Below, piece by piece: positions 1 through 12,000 of a stretch of DNA of 64,000 nt; position 1 is the stretch's first letter, and each line of letters starts with the position of its first letter. Origin of the DNA: Mobula hypostoma (taxonomy: Eukaryota); the NCBI RefSeq assembly GCF_963921235.1, contig NC_086120.1, positions 9,238,001 through 9,302,000 of the forward strand, written 5' to 3'. Under the pieces are notes generated by a model, which made no database searches, was not told where the DNA came from, and was given only the letters and a program-made list of their open reading frames with translations. The position numbers and the translations under genes are program-made.

Positions 1-3000
1 GGCTGCGGGATCATCGAGGCTGGGGTACGGAGCTTGGCTGCGGGATCATCGAGGCTGGGGTACGGAGCTTGGCTGCGGGATCAACGAGGCTGGGGTACGG
101 AGCTTGGCTGCGGGATCATCGAGGCTAGGGTACGGAGCTTGGCTGCGGGATCATCGAGGCTGGGGTACTTAGCTTGGCTGCGGGATCATCGAGGATGGGG
201 TACGGAGCTTGGCTGCGGGATCATCGAGGCTGGGGTACGGAGCTTCGCTGCGGGATCATCGAGGCTGGGGTACGGAGCTTGGCTGCGGGATCATCGAGGC
301 TGTGGTACGGAGCTTGGCTGCGGGATCATCGAGGCTGGGGTACGGAGCTTGGCTGCGGGATCATCGAGGCTGGGGTACTTGGAGCTTGGCTGCGGGATCA
401 TCGAGGCTGGGGTACGGAGCTTGGCTGCGGGATCATCGAGGCTGGGGTACTTGGAGCTTCGCTGCGGGATCATCGAGGCTGGGGTACGGAGCTTGGCTGC
501 GGGATCATCGAGGCTGGGGTACTGAGCTTGGCTGCGGGATCATCGAGGCTAGGGTACGGAGCTTGGCTGCGGGATCATCGAGGCTGGGGTACGGAGCTTG
601 GCTGCGGGATCATCGAGGCTGGGGTACTTGGAGTTTGGCTGCGGGATCATCGAGGCTGGGGTACGGGGCTTGGCTGCGGGATCATCGAGGCTGGGGTACG
701 GAGCTTGGCTGCGGTATCATCGAGGCTGGGGTTCTCGGAGCTTGGCTGCGGAATCATCGAGGCTGGGGTACGGAACTTGGCTGCGGGATCATCGAGGCTG
801 GGGTTCTTGGAGCTTGGCTGCGGAATCATCGAGGCTGGGGTACTTGGAGCTCGGCTGCGGGGTTTTCGAGGCTTGGAGCTTGGCTGCGGGATCTTCAAGC
901 TTGGGTTCTTGGAGCTTGGCTGCGGGATCTTCAAGCTTGGGTTCTTGGAGCTCGGCTGCGGGGTCTTCGAGGCTTGGAGCTTGGCTGCGGGATCTTCAAG
1001 CTTGGGTTCTTGCAGCTTGGCTGCGGGATCTTCAAGCTTGGGTTCTTGGAGCTCGGCTGCGGCGTCTTCGAGGCTTGGAGCTTGGCTGCGGGATCATCGA
1101 GGCTGGGGTACGGAGCTTCGCTGCGGGATCATCGAGGCTGGGGTACGGAGCTTGGCTGCGGGATCATCGAGGCTGGGGTACGGAGCTTGGCTGCGGGATC
1201 ATCGAGGCTGGGGTACGGAGCTTGGCTGCGGGATCATCGAGGCTGGGGTACTTGGAGCTTCGCTGCGGGATCATCGAGGCTGGGGTACGGAGCTTGGCTG
1301 CGGGATCATCGAGGCTGGGGTACGGAGCTTGGCTGCGGAATCATCGAGGCTGGGGTACGGAGCTTGGCTGCGGGATCATCGAGGCTGGGGTACGGAGCGT
1401 GGCTGCGGGATCATCGAGGCTGGGGTACTTGGAGCTTGGCTGCGGGATCATCGAGGCTGGGGTACTTGGAGCTTGGCTACGGGATCATCGAGGCTGGGGT
1501 ACGGAGCTTGGCTGCGGGATCATCGAGGCTGGGGTACGGAGCTTGGCTGCGGGATCATCGAGGCTGGGGTACGGAGCTTGGCTGCGGGATCATCGAGGCT
1601 GGGGTACGGAGCTTGGCTGCGGGATCATCGAGGCTAGAGTACGGAGCTTGGCTGCGGGATCATCGAGGCTGGGGTACGGAGCATGGCTGCCGGATCATCG
1701 AGGCTGGGGTACGGAGCTTGGCTGCGGGATTATCGAGGCTGGGGTACGGAGCCTGGCTGCGGGATCATCGAGGCTGGGGTCCGGAGCTTGGCTGCGGGAT
1801 CATCGAGGCTGGGGTACGGAGCTTGGCTGCGGGATCATCGAGGCTGGGGTACGGAGCTTGGCTGCGGGATCACCGAGGCTGGGGTACGGAGCTTGGCTGC
1901 GGGATCATCTAGGCTGGGGTACGGAGCTTGGCTGCGGGATCATCGAGGCTGGGGTGCGGAGCTTGGCTGCGGGATCACCGAGGCTGGGGTACGGAGCTTG
2001 GCTGCGGGATCATCGAGGCTGGGGTACTTGGAGTTTGGCTGCGGGATCATCGAGGCTGGGGTACGGGGCTTGGCTGCGGGATGATCGAGGCTGGGGTACG
2101 GAGCTTGGCTGCGGGATCATCGAGGCTGGGGTTCTTGGAGCTTGGCTGCGGATTCATCGAGCCTGGGGTACGGAACTTGGCTGTGGGATCATCGAGGCTG
2201 GGGTTCTTGGAGCTTGGCTGCGGAATCATCGAAGCTGGGGTACTTGGAGCTCGGCTGCGGGGTTTTCGAGGCTTGGAGCTTGGCTGCGCGATCTTCAAGC
2301 TTGGGTTCTTGGAGCTTGGCTGCGGGATCTTCAAGCTTGGATTCTTGGAGCTCGGCTGCGGGGTCTTCGAGGCTTGGAGCTTGGCTGCGGGATCTTCAAG
2401 CTTGGGTTCTTGGAGCTTGGCTGCGGGATCATCGAGGCTGGGATACGGAGCTTGGCTGCGGGATCATCGAGGCTGGGGTACGGAGCTTGGCTGCGGGATC
2501 ATCGAGGCTGGGGTACGGAGCTTCGCTGCGGGATCATCGAGGCTGGTGTACGGAGCTTCGCTGCGGGATCATCGAGGCTGGGGTACGGAGCTTGGCTGCG
2601 GGATCATCGAGGCTGGGGTACGGAGCTTGGCTGCGGGATCATCGAGGCTGGGGTACGGAGCTTGGCTGCGGGATCATCGAGGCTGGGGTTCTTGGAGCTT
2701 GGCTGCCGGATCATCGAGGCTGGGGTACGGAGCTTGGCTGCGGGATCATCGAGGCTGGGGTGCGGAGCTTGGCTGCGGGATCACCGATGCTGGGGTACGG
2801 AGCTTGGCTGCGGGATCATCGAGGCTGGGGTACTTGGAGTTTGGCTGCGGGATCATCGAGGCTGGGGTACGGGGCTTGGCTGCGGGATCATCGAGGCTGG
2901 GGTACGGAGCTTGGCTGCGGGATCATCGAGGCTGGGGTTCTTGGAGCTTGGCTGCGGAATCATCGAGGCTGGGGTACGGAACTTGGCTGCGGGATCATCG

Positions 3001-6000
3001 AGGCTGGGGTTCTTGGAGCTTGGCTGCGGAATCATCGAGGCTGGGGTACTTGGAGCTCGGCTGCGGGGTTTTCGAGGCTTGGAGCTTGGCTGCGGGATCT
3101 TCAAGCTTGGGTTCTTGGAGCTTGGGTTCTTGGAGCATGGCTGCGGGATCTTCAAGCTTGGGTTCTTGGAGCTCGGCTGCGGGGTCTTCGAGGCTTGGAG
3201 CTTGGCTGCGGGATCTTCAAGCTTGGGTTCTTGCAACTTGGCTGCGGGATCTTCAAGCTTGGGTTCTTGGAGCTCGGCTGCGGCGTCTTCGAGGCTTGGA
3301 GCTTGGCTGCGGGATCATCGAGGCTGGGGTACGGAGCTTCGCTGCGGGATCATCGAGGCTGGGGTACGGAGCTTGGCTGCGGGATCATCGAGGCTCGGGT
3401 ACGGAGCTTGGCTGCGGGATCATCGAGGCTGGGGTACTTGGAGCTTGGCTGCGGGATCATCGAGGCTGGGGTACTTGGAGCTTGGCTACGGGATCATCGA
3501 GGCTGGGGTCGGAGCTTGGCTGCGGGATCATCGAGGCTGGGGTACGGAGCTTGGCTGCGGGTTCATCGAGGCTGGGGTACGGAGCTTGGCTGCGGGATCA
3601 TCGAGGCTGGGGTACGGAGCTTGGCTGCGGGATCATCGAGGCTAGAGTACGGAGCTTGGCTGCGGGATCATCGAGGCTGGGGTACGGAGCTTGGCTGCCG
3701 GATCATCGAGGCTGGGGTACGGAGCTTGGCTGCGGGATTATCGAGGCTGGGGTTCGGAGCCTGGCTGCGGGATCATCGAGGCTGGGGTCCGGAGCTTGGC
3801 TGCGGGATCATCGAGGCTGGGGTACGGAGCTTGGCTGCGGGATCATCGAGGCTGGGGTACGGAGCTTGGCTGCGGGATCACCGAGGCTGGGTACGGAGCT
3901 TGGCTGCGGGATCATCTAGGCTGGGGTACGGAGCTTGGCTGCGGGATCATCCAGGCTGGGGTGCGGAGCTTGGCTGCGGGATCACCGAGGCTGGGGTACG
4001 GAGCTTGGCTGCGGGATCATCGAGGCTGGGGTACTTGGATTTTGGCTGCGGGATCATCGAGGCTGGGGTACGGGGCTTGGCTGCGGGATCATCGAGGCTG
4101 GGGTAAAGAGCTTGGCTGCGGGATCATCGAGGCTGGGGTTCTTGGAGCTTGGCTGCGGATTCATCGAGGCTGGGGTACGGAACTTGGCTGCGGGATCATC
4201 GAGGCTGGGGTTCTTGGAGCTTGGCTGCGGAATCATCGAAGCTGGGGTACTTGGAGCTCGGCTGCGGGGTTTTCGAGGCTTGGAGCTTGGCTGCGGGATC
4301 TTCAAGCTTGGGTTCTTGGAGCTTGGCTGCGGGATCTTCAAGCTTGGATTCTTGGAGCTCGGCTGCGGGGTCTTCGAGGCTTGGAGCATGGCTGCGGGAT
4401 CTTCAAGCTTGGGTTCTTGGAGCTTGGCTGCGGGATCTTCAAGCTTGGATTCTTGGAGCTCGGCTGCGGGGTCTTCGAGGCATGGAGCATGGCTGCGGGA
4501 TCTTCAAGCTTGGGTTCTTGGAGCTTGGCTGCGGGATCATCGAGGCTGGGATACGGAGCTTGGCTGCGGGATCATCGAGGCTGGGGTACGGAGCTTGGCT
4601 GCGGGATCATCGAGGCTGGGGTACGGAGCTTGGCTGCGGGATCATCGAGGCTGGTGTACGGAGCTTCGCTGCGGGATCATCGAGGCTGGGGTACTCAGCT
4701 TGGCTGCGGGATCATCGAGGCTGGGGTACGGAGCTTGGCTGCGGGATCATCGAGGCTGGGGTACGGATCTTGGCTGCGGGATCAACGAGGCTGGGGTACG
4801 GAGCTTGGCTGCGGGATCATCGAGGCTGGGGTACGGAGCTTGGCTGCGGGATCATCGAGGCTGGGGTACTTGGAGCTTGGCTGCGGGATCATCGAGGCTG
4901 GGGTACTTGGATCTTGGCTACGGGATCATCGAGGCTGGGGTACTTGGAGCTTCGCTGCGGGATCATCGAGGCTGGGGTACTTGGAGCTTAGCTGCGGGAT
5001 CTTCAAGCTTGGGTTCTTGCAACTTGGCTGCGGGATCTTCAAGCTTGGGTTCTTGGAGCTCGGCTGCGGCGTCTTCGAGGCTTGGAGCTTGGCTGCGGGA
5101 TCATCGAGGCTGGGGTACGGAGCTTCGCTGCGGGATCATCGAGGCTGGGGTACGGAGCTTGGCTGCGGGATCATCGAGGCTGGGGTACGGAGCTTGGCTG
5201 CGGGATCATCGAGGCTGGGGTACGGAGCTTGGCTGCGGGATCATCGAGGCTGGGGTACGGAGCTTGGCTGCGGGATCACCGAGGCTGGGGTACGGAGCTT
5301 GGCTGCGGGATCATCTAGGCTGGGGTACGGAGCTTGGCTGCGGGATCATCGAGGCTGGGGTGCGGAGCTTGGCTGCGGGATCACCGAGGCTGGGGTACGG
5401 AGCTTGGCTGCGGGATCATCGAGGCTGGGGTACTTGGAGTTTGGCTGCGGGATCATCGAGGCTGGGGTACGGGGCTTGGCTGCGGGATCATCGAGGCTGG
5501 GGTACGGAGCTTGGCTGCGGGATCATCGAGGCTGGGGTTCTTGGAGCTTGGCTGCGGATTCATCGAGCCTGGGGTACGGAACTTGGCTGTGGGATCATCG
5601 AGGCTGGGGTTCTTGGAGCTTGGCTGCGGAATCATCGAAGCTGGGGTACTTGGAGCTCGGCTGCGGGGTTTTCGAGGCTTGGAGCTTGGCTGCGCGATCT
5701 TCAAGCTTGGGTTCTTGGAGCTTGGCTGCGGGATCTTCAAGCTTGGATTCTTGGAGCTCGGCTGCGGGGTCTTCGAGGCTTGGAGCTTGGCTGCGGGATC
5801 TTCAAGCTTGGGTTCTTGGAGCTTGGCTGCGGGATCATCGAGGCTGGGATACGGAGCTTGGCTGCGGGATCATCGAGGCTGGGGTACGGAGCTTGGCTGC
5901 GGGATCATCGAGGCTGGGGTACGGAGCTTCGCTGCGGGATCATCGAGGCTGGTGTACGGAGCTTGGCTGCGGGATCATCGAGGCTGGGGTACGGAGCTTG

Positions 6001-9000
6001 GCTGCGGGATCATCGAGGCTGGGGTACGGAGCTTGGCTGCGGGATCATCGAGGCTGGGGTACGGAGCTTGGCTGCGGGATCATCGAGGCTGGGGTTCGGA
6101 GCTTGGCTGCGGGATCATCGAGGCTGTGGTACGGAGCTTGGCTGCGGGATCATCGAGGCTGGGGTGCGGAGCTTGGCTGCGGGATCACCGATGCTGGGGT
6201 ACGGAGCTTGGCTGCGGGATCATCGAGGCTGGGGTACTTGGAGTTTGGCTGCGGGATCATCGAGGCTGGGGTACGGGGCTTGGCTGCGGGATCATCGAGG
6301 CTGGGGTACGGAGCTTGGCTGCGGGATCATCGAGGCTGGGGTTCTTGGAGCTTGGCTGCGGAATCATCGAGGCTGGGGTACGGAACTTGGCTGCGGGATC
6401 ATCGAGGCTGGGGTTCTTGGAGCTTGGCTGCGGAATCATCGAGGCTGGGGTACTTGGAGCTCGGCTGCGGGGTTTTCGAGGCTTGGAGCTTGGCTGCGGG
6501 ATCTTCAAGCTTGGGTTCTTGGAGCTTGGGTTCTTGGAGCATGGCTGCGGGATCTTCAAGCTTGGGTTCTTGGAGCTCGGCTGCGGGGTCTTCGAGGCTT
6601 GGAGCTTGGCTGCGGGATCTTCAAGCTTGGGTTCTTGCAACTTGGCTGCGGGATCTTCAAGGCTTGGGTTCTTGGAGCTCCGCTGCGGCGTCTTCGAGGC
6701 TTGGAGCTTGGCTGCGGGATCATCGAGGCTGGGGTACGGAGCTTCGCTGCGGGATCATCGAGGCTGGGGTACGGAGCTTGGCTGCGGGATCATCGAGGCT
6801 CGGGTACGGAGCTTGGCTGCGGGATCATCGAGGCTGGGGTACTTGGAGCTTGGCTGCGGGATCATCGAGGCTGGGGTACTTGGAGCTTGGCTACGGGATC
6901 ATCGAGGCTGGGGTACGGAGCTTGGCTGCGGGATCATCGAGGCTGGGGTACGGAGCTTGGCTGCGGGATCATCGAGGCTGGGGTACGGAGCTTGGCTGCG
7001 GGATCATCGAGGCTGGGGTACGGAGCTTGGCTGCGGGATCATCGAGGCTGGGGTACGGAGCTTGGCTGCGGGATCATCGAGGCTGGGGTACGGAGCTTGG
7101 CTGCGGGATCATCGAGGCTGGGGTACGGAGCTTGGCTGCGGGATCATCGAGGCTGGGGTCCGGAGCTTGGCTGCGGGATCATCGAGGCTGGGGTACGGAG
7201 CTTGGCTGCGGGATCATCGAGGCTGGGGTACGGAGCTTGGCTGCGGGATCACCGAGGCTGGGTACGGAGCTTGGCTGCGGGATCATCTAGGCTGGGGTAC
7301 GGAGCTTGGCTGCGGGATCATCCAGGCTGGGGTGCGGAGCTTGGCTGCGGGATCACCGAGGCTGGGGTACGGAGCTTGGCTGCGGGATCATCGAGGCTGG
7401 GGTACTTGGATTTTGGCTGCGGGATCATCGAGGCTGGGGTACGGGGCTTGGCTGCGGGATCATCGAGGCTGGGGTAAAGAGCTTGGCTGCGGGATCATCG
7501 AGGCTGGGGTTCTTGGAGCTTGGCTGCGGATTCATCGAGGCTGGGGTACGGAACTTGGCTGCGGGATCATCGAGGCTGGGGTTCTTGGAGCTTGGCTGCG
7601 GAATCATCGAAGCTGGGGTACTTGGAGCTCGGCTGCGGGGTTTTCGAGGCTTGGAGCTTGGCTGCGGGATCTTCAAGCTTGGGTTCTTGGAGCTTGGCTG
7701 CGGGATCTTCAAGCTTGGATTCTTGGAGCTCGGCTGCGGGGTCTTCGAGGCTTGGAGCATGGCTGCGGGATCTTCAAGCTTGGGTTCTTGGAGCTTGGCT
7801 GCGGGATCTTCAAGCTTGGATTCTTGGAGCTCGGCTGCGGGGTCTTCGAGGCTTGGAGCATGGCTGCGGGATCTTCAAGCTTGGGTTCTTGGAGCTTGGC
7901 TGCGGGATCATCGAGGCTGGGATACGGAGCTTGGCTGCGGGATCATCGAGGCTGGGGTACGGAGCTTGGCTGCGGGATCATCGAGGCTGGGGTACGGAGC
8001 TTGGCTGCGGGATCATCGAGGCTGGTGTACGGAGCTTCGCTGCGGGATCATCGAGGCTGGGGTACTCAGCTTGGCTGCGGGATCATCGAGGCTGGGGTAC
8101 GGAGCTTGGCTGCGGGATCATCGAGGCTGGGGTACGGATCTTGGCTGCGGGATCATCGAGGCTGGGGTACGGAGCTTGGCTGCGGGATCATCGAGGCTGG
8201 GGTACGGAGCTTGGCTGCGGGATCATCGAGGCTGGGGTACTTGGAGCTTGGCTGCGGGATCATCGAGGCTGGGGTACTTGGATCTTGGCTACGGGATCAT
8301 CGAGGCTGGGGTACTTGGAGCTTCGCTGCGGGATCATCGAGGCTGGGGTACTTGGAGCTTAGCTGCGGGATCTTCAAGCTTGGGTTCTTGCAACTTGGCT
8401 GCGGGATCTTCAAGCTTGGGTTCTTGGAGCTCGGCTGCGGCGTCTTCGAGGCTGGGGTACGGAGCTTGGCTGCGGGATCATCGAGGCTGGGGTACGGAGC
8501 TTCGCTGCGGGATCATCGAGGCTGGGGTACGGAGCTTGGCTGCGGGATCATCGAGGCTCGGTTACGGAGCTTGGCTGCGGGATCATCGAGGCTGGGGTAC
8601 TTGGAGCTTGGCTGCGGGATCATCGAGGCTGGGGTACTTGGAGCTTGGCTACGGGATCATCGAGGCTGGGGTACGGAGCTTGGCTGCGGGATCATCGAGG
8701 CTGGGGTACGGAGCTTGGCTGCGGGATCATCGAGGCTGGGGTACGGAGCTTGGCTGCGGGATCATCGAGGCTGGGGTACGGAGCTTGGCTGCGGGATCAT
8801 CGAGGCTAGAGTACGGAGCTTGGCTGCGGGATCATCGAGGCTGGGGTACGGAGCTTGGCTGCCGGATCATCGAGGCTGGGGTACGGAGCTTGGCTGCGGG
8901 ATCATCGAGGCTGGGGTTCGGAGCCTGGCTGCGGGATCATCGAGGCTGGGGTCCGGAGCTTGGCTGCGGGATCATCGAGGCTGGGGTACGGAGCTTGGCT

Positions 9001-12000
9001 GCGGGATCATCGAGGCTGGGGTACGGAGCTTGGCTGAGGGATCACCGAGGCTGGGGTACGGAGCTTGGCTGCGGGATCATCTAGGCTGGGGTACGGAGCT
9101 TGGCTGCGGGATCATCGAGGCTGGGGTGCGGAGCTTGGCTGCGGGATCACCGAGGCTGGGGTACGGAGCTTGGCTGCGGGATCATCGAGGCTGGGGTACT
9201 TGGATTTTGGCTGCGGGATCATCGAGGCTGGGGTACGGGGCTTGGCTGCGGGATCATCGAGGCTGGGGTACGGAGCTTGGCTGCGGGATCATCGAGGCTG
9301 GGGTTCTTGGAGCTTGGCTGCGGATTCATCGAGGCTGGGGTACGGAACTTGGCTGCGGGATCATCGAGGCTGGGGTTCTTGGAGCTTGGCTGCGGAATCA
9401 TCGAAGCTGGGGTACTTGGAGCTCGGCTGCGGGGTTTTCGAGGCTTGGAGCTTGGCTGCGGGATCTTCAAGCTTGGGTTCTTGGAGCTTGGCTGCGGGAT
9501 CTTCAAGCTTGGATTCTTGGAGCTCGGCTGCGGGGTCTTCGAGGCTTGGAGCATGGCTGCGGGATCTTCAAGCTTGGGTTCTTGGAGCTTGGCTGCGGGA
9601 TCTTCAAGCTTGGATTCTTGGAGCTCGGCTGCGGGGTCTTCGAGGCTTGGAGCATGGCTGCGGGATCTTCAAGCTTGGGTTCTTGGAGCTTGGCTGCGGG
9701 ATCATCGAGGCTGGGATACGGAGCTTGGCTGCGGGATCATCGAGGCTGGGGTACGGAGCTTGGCTGCGGGATCATCGAGGCTGGGGTACGGAGCTTGGCT
9801 GCGGGATGATCGAGGCTGGTGTACGGAGCTTCGCTGCGGGATCATCGAGGCTGGGGTACTCAGCTTGGCTGCGGGACCATCGAGGCTGGGGTACGGAGCT
9901 TGGCTGCGGGATCATCGAGGCTGGGGTACGGATCTTGGCTACGGGATCAACGAGGCTGGGGTACGGAGCTTGGCTGCGGGATCATCGAGGCTGGGGTACG
10001 GAGCTTGGCTGCGGGATCATCGAGGCTGGGGTACTTGGAGCTTGGCTGCGGGATCATCGAGGCTGGGGTACTTGGAGCTTCGCTGCGGGATCATCGAGGC
10101 TGGGGTACTTGGAGCTTAGCTGCGGGATCATCGAGGCTGGGGTACGGAGCTTGGCTGCGGGATCATCGAGGCTGGGGTACTTGGAGCTTCGCTACGGGAT
10201 CATCGAGGCTGGGGTACGGAGCTTCGCTGAGGGATCATCGAGGCTGGGGTACGGAGCTTGGCTGCGGGATCATCGAGGCTGGGGTACTGAGCTTGGCTGC
10301 GGGATCATCGAGGCTGGGGTACGGAGCTTGGCTGCGGGATCATCGAGGCTGGGGTACGGAGCTTGGCTGCGGGATCATCGAGGCTGGGGTACGGAGCTTG
10401 GCTGCGGGATCATCGAGGCTGGGGTACGGAGCTTGGCTGCGGGATCATCGAGGCTGGGGTACGGAGCTTGGCTGCGGGATCATCGAGGCTGGGGTACGGA
10501 GCTTGGCTGCGGGATCATCGAGGCTGGGGTACGGAGCTTGGCTGCGGGATCATCGAGGCTGGGGTACGGTGCTTGGCTGCGGGATCATCGAGGCTGGGGT
10601 ACGGAGCTTGGCTGCGGGATCATCGAGGCTGGGGTACGGAGCTTGGCTGCGGGATCAACGAGGCTGGGGTACGGAGCTTGGCTGCGGGATCAACGAGGCT
10701 GGGGTACGGAGCTTGGCTGCGGGATCATCGAGGCTGGGGTACTTAGCTTGGCTGCGGGATCATCGAGGCTGGGGTACGGAGCTTGGCTGCGGGATCATCG
10801 AGTCTGGGGTACGGAGCTTTGCTGCGGGATCATCCAGGCTGGGGTACGGAGCTTGGCTGCGGGATCATCGAGGCTGTGGTACGGAGCTTGGCTGCGGGAT
10901 CATCGAGGCTGGGGTACGGAACTTGGCTGCGGGATCATCGAGGCTGGGGTACTTGGAGCTTGGCTGCGGGATCATCGAGGCTGGGGTACGGAGCTTTGCT
11001 GCGGGACCATCCAGGCTGGGGTACGGAGCTTGGCTGCGGGATCATCGAGGCTGTGGTACGGAGCTTGGCTGCGGGATCATCGAGGCTGGGATACGGAACT
11101 TGGCTGCGGGATCATCGAGGCTGGGGTACTTGGAGCTTGGCTGCGGGATCATCGAGGCTGGGGTACGGAGCTTGGCTGCGGGATCATCGAGGCTGGGGTA
11201 CTGAGCTTGGCTGCGGGATCATCGAGGCTAGGGTACGGAGCTTGGCTGCGGGATCATCCAGGCTGGGGTACGGAGCTTGGCTGCGGGATCATCGAGGCTG
11301 GGGTACGGAGTTTGGCTGCGGGATCATCGAGGCTCGGGTACGGGGCTTGGCTGCGGGATCATCGAGGCTGGGGTACGGAGCTTGGCTGCGGGATCATCGA
11401 GGCTGGGGTGCGGAGCTTGGCTGCGGGATCATCGAGGCTGGGGTACGGAGCTTGGCTGCGGGATCATCGAGGCTGGGGTACTGAGCTTGGCTGCGGGATC
11501 ATCGAGGCTGGTGTACGGAGCTTCGCTGCGGGATCATCGAGGCTGGGGTACTGAGCTTGGCTGCGGGATCATCGAGGCTGGGGTACGGAGCTTGGCTGCG
11601 GGATCATCGAGGCTGGGGTACGGAGCTTGGCTGCGGGATCATCGAGGCTGGGGTACGGAGTTTGGCTGCGGGATCATCGAGGCTCGGGTACGGGGCTTGG
11701 CTGCGGGATCATCGAGGCTGGGGTACGGAGCTTGGTGGCGGGATCATCGAGGAGGGGTACGGAGCTTGGCTGCGGGATCATCGAGGCTGGGGTACGGAGC
11801 TTGGCTGCGGGATCATCGAGGCTGGGGTACGGAGCTTGGCTGCGGGATCATCGAGGCTGGGGTACTGAGCTTGGCTGCGGGATCATCGAGGCTGGTGTAC
11901 GGAGCTTCGCTGCGGGATCATCGAGGCTGGGGTACTGAGCTTGGCTGCGGGATCATCGAGGCTGGGGTACGGAGCTTGGCTGCGGGATCAACGAGGCTGG

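Noticed and set aside
1-35. Four 4-bp palindromes (GATC, TCGA, GTAC, AGCT) in each monomer as a functional signal
   Set aside because: About 2 are expected by chance in 35 bp, so 4 is not clearly significant. Kept only as an experimental handle.
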